Positions 1 to 13,929 of a stretch of DNA of 64,000 bases are shown piece after piece (position 1 is the stretch's first letter; every line of letters begins with the position of its first letter). The notes beneath the pieces are model-generated. The model worked only from the letters and a program-made list of their open reading frames with translations. It was not told the origin of the DNA and did not search any database. The position numbers were made by a program, and so were the translations under genes. This DNA comes from Bigelowiella natans CCMP2755 (lineage: Eukaryota; Protista; Cercozoa): contig ADNK01001322.1 of NCBI GenBank assembly GCA_000320545.1, forward strand, positions 1-64,000, given 5' to 3'.

Positions 1-127
1 GCTACTCATATTGATATTCATCATCATCATCATTATCACCCAAGCTGCTCTTCCAAAGCTGCTTCGAGCGATGGCAGTGCTGCGGAGTATATCAAGAAAA
101 ATGGTTCCGTCTGATGTTCATTAGTTA

Positions 128-158
<31 letters not shown>

Positions 159-2106
159 CTTCTTCTTCTTTTAACTATCTTCACTACGCCTTCATAAATA
201 AGAAAGAGGGCTATTCATCCACCCCCACTCGAGCAAGACGGCAAGGTTTGGATTATTGAAGTAAATCGAAGAACTGGAAGAAGCACTATTAGTAGTAGTC
301 AGTAGTATACAATAGGATAATGTAATGTATATTCTATGTTGTGGTGGGCATGCTGTTCAAAGAGGTGTGAGGGGGAGGGGGGGGAAACCATCTCCAGCAG
401 CACCATGACAATCGTCGGCGTAAATGCACACCTTTAATGAGCTTTGCACAAATTCTCCTATTGCAATTCATTTAAGCATAGCACAAAGCAAACAAGCAAA
501 CCGCACGCTGATGAGCTCTCAGAAGGATTAACTAGCGAAGAATAACAACTATTCTGGCGAGAGATTTTCGGTGAATCCCATCGATTCTCCCACACATGCA
601 CATGCACGCAGAAACCCACACTGCAATCGATGAACCGAATCATCATAATCAACAACAAGCTGCTGCTTGTGCTACTGATGGTGTAATTTCTCACCTTACA
701 CGTCTCGCTTTGGGATCATCCGAAGGCAGCGCCTAGTTGATGTCACCCACACCAATGGAATAATGATGATTTATATGGGGAGGGGGGAGGAGGAAATAGT
801 TAACGGAGGGGCTGATGTGTCCATCATTACAACCGAACAACGCGCCTACTATTCTCTCATAAAGAAGACCTTGATTCCTTTCGTAGCAAATGTCTTTGCT
901 TGCTGCTCGGATACTTCTTTTGCCATCTCGAGCTCCGCCGACCTTGAAGTGGAGAGAAATCGAAGGCGACCTACGAGGAGTATGAAACAAGACAATTCTC
1001 ATCTTGCCCATCTATCATGGTGCTAGGTGTGGGACATTGCTCTCTTTTTCTTAAGTGAAATAATAACAACAATAACAACAACAACAACAATAATACCTGT
1101 GATAGGGCAAGGAACAAGGTTGACCCAGTAGTATATTCCTCCAACAAGTCCACCTATTTTTCACACCAACCAAGGCAGATATACCACACATGAGGAGGAG
1201 ATAGAGGAGGTATAGGAAGTGCTATGCACTGTGGATGATTAGTAACGAGTGAATCAGACCTATGATACTAGGCATGTTTGTGGGGGGGGGATGGTGCGGT
1301 TGTTAGCGTCATTCATGTAGGATCAAAATATCATTACTAGCTCCCGTGAAAACTGCCACCAATCCAATAACATAGAGTCGTCTCCTCTGTCGAGGGACTC
1401 CCTTGAGCTAAATGATGATGTGCAAGCAACCCGTCGAGGAGGGACACGGTAAATGGAATGAAGGAGAGAGAGGGAGCGAGAGAGACAGAGGGGGGGGGGG
1501 GAGGGAGAGAGAGAGAGAGAGAATCAAAAATCGACAAAAGAAAACAAGGCAGCAAAACATGGTAAAAAAATTGGCCGATAATTGGATCAGTGTTGCAGAC
1601 AGAAACTCATTTGCTATGGTTCTTCTTAACAAACCTGCTCTTTCACCCAGCTTCTAGCAATTCTCCCAGCAATAACCGCGCCGATTCGTATAAATATCGG
1701 GTTATGTCTAACGTGGGTGATGGTGTAAATGCAGGATATTAAGATACTACTACATAGTTGCAGCAGCAGCGACAGTAGCAGGTAGGAGGATGGCCTGTTA
1801 TGTAACGACGTGCTAGCTTGTATCAGCAACAACAAAACTACTAGTAGTAATAATAATAGTATTAATGTGTTTTTCAGTATACTTTGGTCCTGTGGTCCTT
1901 AACCCTCTATGAAAAGGAGGAAGAGGGAAAGGCATTCTGGATCCAGCAGTTGGACATTTTACGAAGAAAAATCGAGCCGAAGCCTTCCCCATCTTCCCCT
2001 CACTCAACCCGCGGTTGAACGTCCAGCTTCTCGGTGTCTTCGTCGGTATACGACGTATCTTCCCCTCATTACGAGCCCAAAGTTGAATCACCCTCCGTGC
2101 TAGCAT
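1..2106 (-). CDS. OMA1: OMA1-like M48 mitochondrial metalloprotease, 5' part (multi-exon; runs off the window start)
   Basis: Manual splicing: MLARRVIQLW...TGPK (Arg-rich presequence) | HNPIFIRIGAVIAGRIARSWVKEQ | LKGVPRQRRRLYVIGLVAVFTGA | GLVGGIYYWVNLVPCPITG | RLRFLSTSRSAELEMAKEV...| ALPSDDPKARRVR | RICAKLIK. The TM helix followed by PITGRxR and LPxxxP is typical of the OMA1 N-terminus. HEXXH is not seen in the window. Confidence 0.7.
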
Positions 2107-2632
2107 ATCAGTGAAGTGAATCTAGGTTTCCAGAGGCCTGTATGTGAAGCGTGCTATCACACTTCCTCCGACGAACCTGGGGGGGAGGCGGCTTGGGATA
2201 TCGGAAGATGCTAATTTTTTAATTCACTTTTTACCCAGAAAATATCTGGAAACAGCTGCAACAATAAGAACAACAATAACAACAACAACGGCGTCGTCGA
2301 CGACAACAGCAACAACAGCAAATTGAGGGGAAACTCTTTCTGCGACAATATGCAAACCTAAACAGATCAGACCATGCAAGCGTCCTGCACGGATTTTGCA
2401 CAAATTGTTCTTCGAGAAAATTCTTGGAGAGTTTCCTAGTAGTGAGCGTCTTCCATGTACAATGTACTGCAGGTGACGGCTGTTGTTACGGTGTGTCGCT
2501 GTCAATAAATACAGGGCCCTTTTTTCAGTAATTATCAGTGTCTGACGACGAGGACGGTGTCGGTGGGCTCAGCTGGCGTCACAATCCAAATCACAGATCC
2601 GAGGAGATCCGGGGAGGCAACAGAATTCAATC

Positions 2633-3667
2633 ATGGGTGCTACTTGTTCTACTCCTTGCTCAACTAAGGATGAGTGTGATCAAGGCATCAGCCGAAACAC
2701 AACTGTAACTGATGGAGTCAACACAGAGGAACGAGTAAGAGAAGTCGTGAATGCTAGAAACCACATGCACCGGATCTTCGCTCACGGCCGCACGCTGGGC
2801 GCACAGTGGGCAAGATTGGAAGCTAATATTCAGAACTACTTGGAGACCCTCTCCGCAGATTCCACTAAAAAATTCGAGATAAACAACATCGAAGAGCAGA
2901 AAACTGAAGAACGAAAAGGAAGACTATCCTGTAAGGAGGCTAGTAAGCCTAAATCCTCAGGGTCAGATTTGCTACCGCTTGCGACATTCTTGGAATTAGT
3001 CATTGACCGATCAGGTTCTATGAGGTCAATGGGTAAGGGCCCCACAGAACAGATCATGGAACTATTACGCGAGCAGCAGAGGACTGCCAAGGAAAACCAA
3101 GTTCCAACCTTCATCTCCCTAACAACCTTCGATGACATTATAGAAACTACAATTGAATGCCATGACTTATTGACATGTGACCTACCCTCGATGACAACAC
3201 TAGAAAAATGGTTAAGACCCAGGAATCGAACCAGGCTCATTGACACAGCTATTGAGCGCTTAGAAGCACTGGAATCTAATATTCAGAACTACTTGGAGGC
3301 CCTCTCCGAAGATAGGAGGAAACAACGCTCAGGCAAAATAGCTGGGAGCTTCATGTTGCTCACAGACGGCAAGGATAATGCGTCAGTGAGGCCTGCGTCT
3401 GATCTGAAGAAACGATTAGAAGATGCACGTAATAAAGGAGGTCTAAAGGCATATTTCCTGGGAGCAAATCAAGATGCGATCACATCGGGAGCGAGATATG
3501 GGTTTTGTGCCGATACTGCAATGACGTTTTCTGCATCGAAAGAACATGCTAAATGTGCCATAGAAGCGACCTCGGCTAATATTCGAGAATATTCATGCAA
3601 CGTCAATAGTTTCTGTAGCTATTCATTGGAGAATCGGAACAGATCTCTTGCCCCGTCTTATTGGTAG
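2633..3667 (+). CDS. Intronless von Willebrand factor A (vWA) domain protein with predicted N-terminal acylation signal
   Basis: 344-aa ORF. MIDAS motif VIDRSGSM, TRLIDTA, LLTDGKDNAS and FLGANQDA. N-terminus MGATCS fits myristoylation/palmitoylation. Confidence 0.85.
   Translation: MGATCSTPCSTKDECDQGISRNTTVTDGVNTEERVREVVNARNHMHRIFAHGRTLGAQWARLEANIQNYLETLSADSTKKFEINNIEEQKTEERKGRLSCKEASKPKSSGSDLLPLATFLELVIDRSGSMRSMGKGPTEQIMELLREQQRTAKENQVPTFISLTTFDDIIETTIECHDLLTCDLPSMTTLEKWLRPRNRTRLIDTAIERLEALESNIQNYLEALSEDRRKQRSGKIAGSFMLLTDGKDNASVRPASDLKKRLEDARNKGGLKAYFLGANQDAITSGARYGFCADTAMTFSASKEHAKCAIEATSANIREYSCNVNSFCSYSLENRNRSLAPSYW
2817..3313 (+). repeat. 44-bp direct repeat inside the vWA gene (2817-2860 and 3270-3313)
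   Basis: 41/44 identical; encodes LEANIQNYLETLSAD and LESNIQNYLEALSED. Confidence 0.95.
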
Positions 3668-4485
3668 AAGACATAAACTTAATGCACGTAGGAGAGCGAC
3701 CTTCATCTGTTATATATAATACACGAATGGCAGCCTGTACTATAAATTGAAACAAGTTGCATTTCATGCAATTCATACAAAATGCTACATCAAACCATTC
3801 ATGTTTAAGCAGCCAGGAGGCATTATACATCCTCTACATTACCAAGAAATTGACGACAGCAGCTAGCTGCGCATCTACCCCGAATATTTCTGCCAAATCC
3901 ATAGCGTAGCGCCTGCATATGTATGTATACAACAGTATATATACTATATGTACCCTTATTAAGCCTTGTTAGTTTTTGTATACATTCTCAAAACGCGTAA
4001 TCGATCGTTTTACTAGCGATATAATGCACTAACCATGAATAATAAAGCGGCACGAATAGTAGCATACAGTTGCGTGTGAATAGTGCACAAGCTATGTACA
4101 TGCGGACGGCCGCCAATGTACGGGCCAGAATTATCAAACAACGCATGCCCTGTACTTGAGTACGTACAAGAGGAATACACACAAACACACACACACACGC
4201 ACGCACAAACACGTGCGCGCCGTGCAAGGACATGTGTGTACGCTGCTAGGCACAGCTTGGCGCTATTTTCCGACATAGACCAACTGTTTACATATATGGC
4301 GTGTGTAAAAATTGGTCGCGCTAATCGAAATGTGATTTGCTTCGAAGTATACTAGATCTCGCATCATATACGTACAACATATACACATACAGCAGTAGGC
4401 GCATCATGCACATAGACTTCTAATATTGAAGGCGACATGGTGAACTAGTTATCATCATTTCATCGCCATTCCAATGGGTCATCAA

Positions 4486-4769
4486 TTATACTTTACTAAT
4501 GCACGGGCCCTGTTGCAGCCCCCCCAAAGACGATGAAGAATTTGTCACCGTTGTACATGTGACGGTACCTCACCTCCTGTCTTCCAACTGTAAACAACAA
4601 GAAACAAGAGGAAGAGAAAACGAATAAGTATCGATGAGAGGAAGAAATACGTATGCAGCGGGAGAAGGCTGATGAATTTTGTATGATGAGGAGAGTTGGA
4701 GGTGTAGGGAAATGTCATGGCTGCTATCCTCTGTGGCTTCGCCCCCCCCCCCCCCCCCCCTCCCTCTCT

Positions 4770-4808
<39 letters not shown>

Positions 4809-5640
4809 ATTGTGCGTATTTGCGTTGGGTGGTGCGGCAACCTCAAATCTCAGGTTATTAGAAGCACCGAACATTACGAAGACCTAATTTAATATGTTGT
4901 GACCAAGCCGGTATTTGTTTCTCATCGTCGATAATCAGCACAGCCAACATCACCATCATCAGCATTGGTCGGATGGAAAGAGGACAAACAGTTTTGAGCT
5001 GTTTTTCGAACAAACGCCACCCTTCTATTTTTTGTGATAACAACAAAGAACGTTCTAAAGCTAATAGCAAAAATAACAATAATAATAGTAATGATGATGA
5101 TGATCACAGTGTATCTGCACACATCCTGCATGTAGCACCTTTCCGTACGCGTAAACGGAGCTGTGCAGCATCCGTGGGAAGGGGGGGTACCCTCCCATCT
5201 TCATGCGCCGCCATTTTTTCTTCGTGACGTCGAATTCAAACAAGCTGTCCAATGGCGACCCACCGAACTTGTGTGTGATTAACAGAAATAAATCAGTCAA
5301 TCGAAAACAGCGGCAAATAGTAGATCGTTAGCCAGAGGTTAATATGATAGACGATGAGCAAGCAAGCAACAACAACAACAACGCACAGAGTAGCTACAAG
5401 GGTTTAATATGTATAATCGTTACAGTCGTCGTATGGGGATAGAAGGGGAATGCTTTATCTTTGGAAGACCATTCTCTTTGTGTGCGTGTGTGTGCGAATG
5501 TGTGTGTGTGGGTGCGTGTGCGAATGTGTGTGTGTGTGTGTGTGTGTGTGGGTGCGTGTGCGTGTGTGTATAAGTGCGTGCATTGCTCCAAACCGTGACT
5601 CCTCCGTAGACGTACATCTTCGCCTTATATCCAGACCTAA

Positions 5641-5671
<31 letters not shown>

Positions 5672-8600
5672 GTAGGAGACAGCGTATGGTAAAGATAGGT
5701 AGGAGAAGCAGAAGAAGAAAATGAATCTACATCATAATTGATGTCACCCTGTTCAACTTCCCAATCGCCCCTCCCCCCATTTTCCCCATAATGTACCAGT
5801 TGACTGATCCTGGAGTCTTCCCTTGGGGCGGTCCATCCATGACCTGTTATTGTCGTGAGGAGGAAAAGAAGAAGGAGGAGGAGAAGATAGGCCCAACAAA
5901 TTCTCCTTAATATATGTGTTGTCACCATCATCATCACCATCATCACCACCATCATCACCACCATCATCATCATCATCAGATCGTCAGTCGTGACGATCAC
6001 TACCACAACTACTGTTCCTACTACTGCCGCTACTCTTACTACTGCATATGGTTTTTCCCCTACTCACCGCGGTATGAAGCCATCGAGGCTCCGGTTTCTG
6101 TGAAGATAGAGAAAAGAAGAAGCGGTTGTTGTTATATTGTTGTTGCCATTCAAACGAAGTAGAGGGAGGGGTACAAAGAAGAAGAAGTTGATGCAGATGA
6201 TGCAGATGATGCAGATGATGGCGGTGATGATGATGATGATGATGATAATGATGGTGAAGAAAGTAGCAATGGCACGAGGGGAGAGAGATAGGGGGAAGAG
6301 AGTTTGTCGCCACAGTGAATATGATTATGTTTTCCTCCTCCTCCTCCTCCTCCTCCTCATTATTGTAATTAATATACATGCTACGGATGATCGATAGTAT
6401 ATCTGTAATAAACTACATCGCCTGTCGCCTTGACTTTTGTCCACTTGTTCTTAACGACGCTATACTCCATCACGTCGTTGTAAGGAGCAAAATCGTAAGA
6501 TATACCCCCGAAAACGAGCAACTTATCTCCCTGGCCCTGCAGAGTAGTGTGAGGAGGAGGAGGAGGAAAAGGAGGAGTGGTGGGAGAGGAGTAATTCATC
6601 AACTCTCTGTTTTCTCTATTCGTGCAAGCAAGGACAGTTGTTGTAGAGGTTTCTTCTACTGCTACCTTAGTAGGAACTAGACACATTGTATGGCCCTCTC
6701 TCTCCAAAGGATCATCGCCTTTTGGAACAGCCTGTTTCAGATTTGAACAAGTGGAATCATAGAGGGGAGGATGGCGGCTGTTAGTTAGTGGGGGGGGAGG
6801 GAAGACAGAAACCATAATAATACTACTTGCTATATGCAAGCACGTTACGATGTACACGAGGAAGAAAATAAGGGAAAAGAAGATAGTAGCAGTAGCAGTA
6901 GTAGTAGCAAAAGTATGGCAGAGTAAAGGAGAAAAAAGAATAAAAAGGCTTGCACTATCTTGTCGTCTTTATTTATTATACCTCGAGCCACGTGCCCTTT
7001 AATGGGTCAAACACCCACACCTGATGCAGGAGAGCAGGATGATGAGCACAGAGTGCCGGGAGGAGGTGGAGGGAAAGACATGTAAGAGGCACTACATTAA
7101 GCTATAATATAAAATTCAGACGCATCTTTCATGGATACTAAATATGCTCTCTAATGTTGTTGTTGTTGTTGTTGTTGTCCTTCTTCTTCCTCGTTCGCTC
7201 TTACGTCTTTCAGTATCTCGTTTGTCCACGACACTCCCCCATATAGCACCATTTGGTACTTGCGTTTCTTGGAGTCTTTGTTCCCGTCGTTCACGCTCAC
7301 AGCGGCGTGGAGGTACCTTTGTACGAGTATGGCGGCCAAAGCACAGGGATGGTGAGGTATATTCATACATATCAATTCATACATATCATCGAGGAGGCAG
7401 GATTAGAAGAGGTGTGATTTGGTGACGGTTTTATGAGGCCCTTCTTCTTCTTCTTCTTCCTATTATTATTACTATTACCACTACTACTACTGCTGCTGCT
7501 ACTGCTACTGCTGATACTATACCTGTGCACTGGCACCACCCCGCCGATATTGACTGCATTCCAGGTCTTAGACACGAGGTTGTACCTAGGAGGAAGAACA
7601 AGAACAATAAGAAGAATATCTGTTTTTCTTATCAGCAACTCCTTCGTCGATAGTGTCTCTCCTCCTCACCCTCCTCCTCGTTGCTGATATGCTCGCGTCC
7701 ATCGTTGTGCGTTGTGGGTTGTTGTTGGTGTTAGTATTGGTGGGTGGGTTAGGGTTGCATATGTGGGCCTACTTCCATAGATCGGCCATGACCATTGCTC
7801 CAGGCTGCACTTTGCCCTTTTTCCCCTTTTTAGGCTTGCCTTCTTCTCCTATTGCCGCAAGATTTATGTATCATGATGACGTGTGAGTAACAAATACCAC
7901 ACGGCGAGGAGTATAATCGCACACACACGCACGCACGCACACACACACACACACACACTAACTCTACTTGTGGCAACTTATTGCCCTTTTTGTATCGGTG
8001 TATTGGTGAGTTCCAAGCACAACGAGAGGCACCTTCTCGCATTCCGTCATCTATACTGCTGCCGGTATTCGCTGTTGTTATCGTCCTCCTTTCTTCCTCC
8101 TCCTGCTTGTGTCTTCGATGTCCTTTGTGGTGATGACCATGACTATGGTGGTGGTGCATTCTATGAACTCGTCGCTGTGATGATGATGATGATGATGATG
8201 AAGAAGAAGATGATGAAGTCTCAAATCTAGACCCAGAGCGGAAACGTGGGAGGTTGGGTTCTCCTCCTTCTCCTCCTCCTTCCTCGTCGATCAGCTTTTC
8301 CTCCTCATTTTGCGGACTTTGGTCGTATGAGTGATAAGCATCATCATCATCATCATTATGATGATGCTGATGATGCTGATGATGATAATGAGGATGCTGG
8401 CCATGATGATGACGATGATGACGATGATGACGACGATGATGGTAGTGATGGTGGTCCTGTTGGTGGCCATGGCGCTGATAATGGTGAGGAGGGGGAGGAG
8501 AAGAATTTGCTACAGCATCGTCATCGTCATCGTCATCATCACCATGCTGGCCTTGATCATAGTCATTGTCCTCCTCATTGATACTTGCTGCTACATATAT

Positions 8601-9231
8601 TCTCTCGTCTTCTTCTCTTCCAATCCGCTCTGCCTCTGCTGCTGCCTCATCACCATCCCGGTAGTACGGAACTGTCGTTGAGACTTCGAGAAATGAAGGA
8701 GAGAGGGGGAGGGGAAATAGCGTTCGTCTGCCATCATGCGTACGGACATGTACACGATTTGGAGGGGGATGCGTTTCTCCAGCACCCCCGTCAGCCTCAT
8801 GCTGCTGGTAGTGATGATGATGGCGATGATGATGATGATGAGGATGATGATGATGATGATGCGGTGGTGGCGGCGAGATTTTGCTGCCGTTGATGAAGTG
8901 ATAAGACGACTGCTCCTCAAGCAACTCTGTGCGAAGAAGTTCCGGTGCCCTCCCCTCTCCTCCCCCTCTATGATTGATTTTGGTAGTATGATCGATAATA
9001 TTGCTGCTGTCTTCTGGCTGTTGAAGGAAGTGGCCGTCGAGGGGCATGAAGGAGGGAGCGTCAGGAAAGGATGCTGCCGTACGAGAGGAGGAAGAGGAGG
9101 AGGAGGAGGAGGAAGGGTAGGAATTGCTGGTGGCGGGGGTGGTGGTGATGGTGGAGGGGGGTAGGAACAACGAGGGCCTAATGGGAGGCGCAGCAGCGAA
9201 GTAGTAGCTCTTATTAATTACTCATGAATGT

Positions 9232-9270
<39 letters not shown>

Positions 9271-9424
9271 CGCACACACGCACACATGTCAACCGCCTTT
9301 CTAACGAATAATAGTTTTTGTATACATTTTATTATTTGAGGCAATAACAGGTCACATGGAGGATGATAATGGAGAGAGAAGGAAAAAGCGAGACAAGTCG
9401 TAGTTTATCAACATAATCAAGTGC

Positions 9425-9514
<90 letters not shown>

Positions 9515-10892
9515 CGGTTTGCGGTCTGAAAGTAATTGTGATGATAGCTGGTTGAAGAAGAGATTGGTAGAGACACATCGTCGTAATTGTTGTGTAGTGA
9601 TGGTGGTGGTTCTGCTGTCTCTGTGCGTTGTGTTGGGAAATCACTTCGTGCGGCATTGCTGTTGCCGTATGATACTTGGCGAAATTGCCCTCCGCTGGGA
9701 GTATTATTGTTGTTCTCTGCTTGCTTATCCGCTGTGGTTGATGCAGCAGCAGCAGCAGCGGCATCAGGCTCCTGTGATGAAGACGACGATTGTGACGGTG
9801 GCTGCTTTTCCACATTCAGCATCTGCGAGCGTCTAAGAAAGCAGGGCAACAGAAGGAGGAAGAAGGAGAAATAGAAGGAGAAGAATAAGAAATGGCAATG
9901 GGAACAGAGCGATCATAACGACGACAATGATCCACAGCGATGGTAGCGACAATGATTGTAGTTTAAATTCAATAAATGATGATGGAGAATGACGATGTAA
10001 TGAGGCACACCCTTCTCCCCCCCCACCCCCCCCCCTGGGTATTTCGTCTGATTATTTTACTTCTCACTTCTCTTCTTACTTATAACTATCTCTCTGCACT
10101 TTGCTAGCAACTTCGCTTCCAGATCCTGCACATCATCATCATTATCATCATCATTATCGTCATGATCCACCCATCCATTCTCACCCACTTAGATACTATC
10201 TTAAGTGGGGAATGGTGGGGGGGGGAGCAGGCAATACGATCGTGTATTTACAGGAAAGAGAGATGGCGGAAGAAGATTGGGAAACAGGGAGGGATTGAGA
10301 AAGGGGGGGAGAGAGAGGGGGAAAGAGAGGACCGTAGTGCCATCAGCAAATACGAGTAGTGTGAGTAGTAGCAATTAGGTAACAATAATGACGATAAGAA
10401 GATGTGTCGTTTTAGTAAATGTTTGTGGATGATGATGTCGTTCATCGAATGCCCGCCCCCCTCACCCTAATCATTAAAACAGCTAGTTGGTTGATATGAA
10501 TCCATCATACCAGTGTAGCCATCCGCCTTAATTGGAGACGATACAAACGGCTCTAAGTGCCTGAAGAATACAGCAGCATCAACAACAGCAGCATTATTTT
10601 ACAGCAGCCATGATGATGATGATGATAAGACATATTAATGGCTAATCGTTCTTCCTAATGCTCAAGATCTCATTTGGAAGAAACGGTCATATATAATATA
10701 TAGGAAGGGGGGGGGGGGGGGATGCTTGTTGTCGTTGTCGTTGTCGTTTTAGTTGTCGTTATTGTTGCTGTTGTTGTTGTAGTACGTGATTCTGAGCGGT
10801 TTACTCTTTTTTGGCAACCGTTGCAGTGTATGGTCCATGTGTTTCTAATGACCAGTATATATGTATGTATATATGACGATTTAGTTGTTTGT

Positions 10893-10927
<35 letters not shown>

Positions 10928-12243
10928 AGTAGCATTACTAACATACTTGGGATCATAATAGCGGAAATTATACACTTTCACCCCCTCCCCTCCCATCCCT
11001 TTCTCTTCCTCTCTCTATGTTTGTATATGCGACTGCTTGTTACATTGCAAAGGAAAGTTTGCGAAAACCGTCACTACCACAGCAGCAGCAGCAGCAGCAA
11101 TTGTTATCAAATTATGGAAACATTTGTTGTTGTAAACGTATATTCTTTATCGAGTCATACCATGGAAAGGGGGATACGAAACTGAGGAGGTCGGATGAAA
11201 GAGTAGTGCGAATGCGGGAGATAGTAGCAGTGGCAGAGTGAAAGCAGCAGCGGAACGAAGTAATGAGAAGGAAAATCACAACGGAGGACAGCAAAACCAA
11301 AGACAATGAAGCAGCAGCAAGTAGATGACAAAAGAATGAGAGCACAATAAGAAATGTAAGGTAGAAGAGAATATAGTGAAACAAGAGAAGATGCTTTACG
11401 TATATATTACTATAAGATACTACTCCTAGAGACAGCATCATATCATCATCATATGTGTAAGAGGAGGAGGAGGAGGAGGGAGGACGATGCCCTATTTTTG
11501 ATCAGTCGAAGCAACTGGAAATGACAGAGATGCTAAAACTTACTTCTCCATTGCCAGACTTAGGTAGATCTCGCAGCTGGAAGAACATCGTCTCATCAGC
11601 ATACGAGAAGAAATGGTAAATAGTTCTATACTACTACTCTGCTGCTAATGATTATAATAATAGCAGCAACCATCATTGTCATAATCATATCAGTAGGGAT
11701 GGTGTAGGTAAGTAAGTACCGGAGGCTCTGCAGGCACTCCCATTGGTCTCACAGGGACTGTCACCAGCACGGCAAACAGAGAGCAGAGAAAATGGAGAAG
11801 GAAAGAAACAAGATGAGGAGGAGACAAAGAAGGAGAAGAAGAAGAAGAAGGAGAACAAAAATGGGAACTTGAGAACTGATGGGGAAAATGGGGGGGGGGG
11901 GAAGACAGAAAAAGGCATGGACGATGATATGAATTTCGCATATTTTCAGAACGAGAAGAACCAATTCTAGGAAGAATTTTCTTCGAATATAAACCACATA
12001 AACAAAAGAAGAAGAAGAGAAGTAGGGAGGGAAGGGAAAAGGGGAAGTGACTGTACTAGGATGGTTGTCTCGCCTACTAAAACTACTAATACTACTTGAT
12101 ATATTTGGATTCGGTCGCCCATTGCCAAAGGGCGGTACGAATGAACCCTGTTATGTGACAGAATATAGAAGAAACAGAATGATGAGAATAAGAAAAAAAT
12201 AACAGTTGTTCTCATATCTTAGTTGTCGCCAGTCCGTCTAAGA

Positions 12244-12282
<39 letters not shown>

Positions 12283-13618
12283 GTTATCATCACCTGAAGT
12301 TCGTGCCAATTCTGCGCTCCTGCGTCGTAGACCCACATATCGTTATCTAAGCTGCGATCATACGATGCAACTCCTCCGTACATGTATATCGCCTCCCTGC
12401 TCATGAAAAGTTTTTGTAGTGGAAGATCGAGGAGGGGAGGGGAAAAGTTCATATTGAAGATAACAAAGGGTAGGTTTGACCATCACATGATTTGTGAGTG
12501 TGAGGGGCAGCAAAGAGAACATTATTCTTGCTTTCCTTACAGCTCTCTCCTATTTAAGTTTTTCCTCTCAATGTTGTTATCTTCTTCTGAGATGAAGATG
12601 TGTTGTGACTGCCGTAGCTATGATCCTTTTGCATGAGTCATTTGCCTGCTAACACTAATGTTACTTACTATCTCTGATTATCATCATCAGATGTGTGTTG
12701 TTATGTATTATTCTATTACCCCATCCATACAATGGTGTGTAGCCATCTGCCGGCAGGACTTACAGCTACAAAGTAGTGGGATATAATTCAACATATTATA
12801 TTGGAGAGCAAAGACGTGGAGGATTAACAGAGGGTGGAAGTAGGCAGACAAGGAGCAAGGATTTCTCACTGCTACCGCAATAGAGGGGGGGGGGGTATTA
12901 ATCTGTGTATGGTCTAATGTGACGATCGTACGTGGCACGTCAGATGTGGGAGGGGCCTCTGGAGGTTCGCTTGGGAAAATTTCTGGATCTGTTGTAAGTC
13001 CAACCTACACCGCAATTTCACAAACTCAGGACTACAAACAGACAGGTCGGTACCAGAAAGCTTGGTCGACAAATCGTATACCCCAACAGAAGCTCGCTCC
13101 GATGCATTCGCTGCAACACGAACCTGACCAAATCGTGTGCTCTTTCAATATGGTGAAGTGATAGTAAGGGAATAGATCAATGACGAGAGAATTCAGATAG
13201 AAAGATGAACGGAATAAACGTAAATGGAGGGGGAGGTTGAAATATGTATGTGTAATCTGACATCTGCGATGATCTCAGGAAGCTCCGTCAGCGGCGGTGG
13301 AGCTAGATCTGCAAAGATGAGGAAGGAATAAGCACCAAACCCCTCCCCCCAAGTTGAAATTGCGACAAATGCATAAAGCGATGGACGAACGGGTCAGTCA
13401 GGGCAATTGAGGGGTATGAGTGACCATCAGGTTTTGTTTTAAACTCGACGATCTCGGTTGGTTTGAGAGGTGGCATTCCCCCTAAAAAATACGTCCATCA
13501 TCCGTTAGTTACTCATTTTGTATAGTATCATACTAAGCGAAAGTATCTCACCGTTGACATTGGTGACTATTGCAAGAATGAGTGCCAGCATCCCTCGAGT
13601 TTTGTAGTTCCCATCCAT
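4486..13618 (-). CDS. Large multi-exon Kelch-repeat protein with long low-complexity His/Asp-rich insert (boundaries approximate; could be two genes)
   Basis: Kelch blades in separate exons: RWLHTIVWMG|EAIYMYGGVASYDRSLDNDMWVYD (12300-12760); YLHAAV...MVLYGG, VWVFDPLKGTW, REGHTM...LLVFGG...NDVMEYS, PRWLHTAV, MYVYGG, DSLFEFD...PRMLHS, VFVMFG (4850-7600). First exon MDGNYKTRGMLALILAIVTNVN ends at a GTGAG donor. The 9514->9178 splice is phase-consistent. Confidence 0.7.
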
Positions 13619-13929
13619 ACGTAGAAGTCTTTCCCCCTCCTTTTGCTTTTTCGCTTCTCTTCACTGCTATCCTTCTCTCTGCCCCTGAACCTCTATCAGG
13701 CCACTTTTGGGACAGTTTTCGACCTTCAGTCGAGCCTAGAGGGTACAAAAAAGAGTTGCACTTGGGGCGGCAGCGGTAGCCATAGCTCGTTGTTCAAAAC
13801 ATTTGAATTATTCCACAATGATCCATCACGGGAGCAAAACTGCACAAATCCCCTTCAATTTCCTCATAAACCAGGCCAAAAGGTTGTCGCATCTAGTTAG
13901 GATAATTTAGACAGGTATATTTTTACTGC

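Noticed and set aside
7883-9164. Plus-strand poly-Met and poly-Asp ORFs
   Set aside because: Antisense readings of (CAT)n repeats within the Kelch gene. The same applies to the many CVCV/THTH/YIYI ORFs elsewhere.
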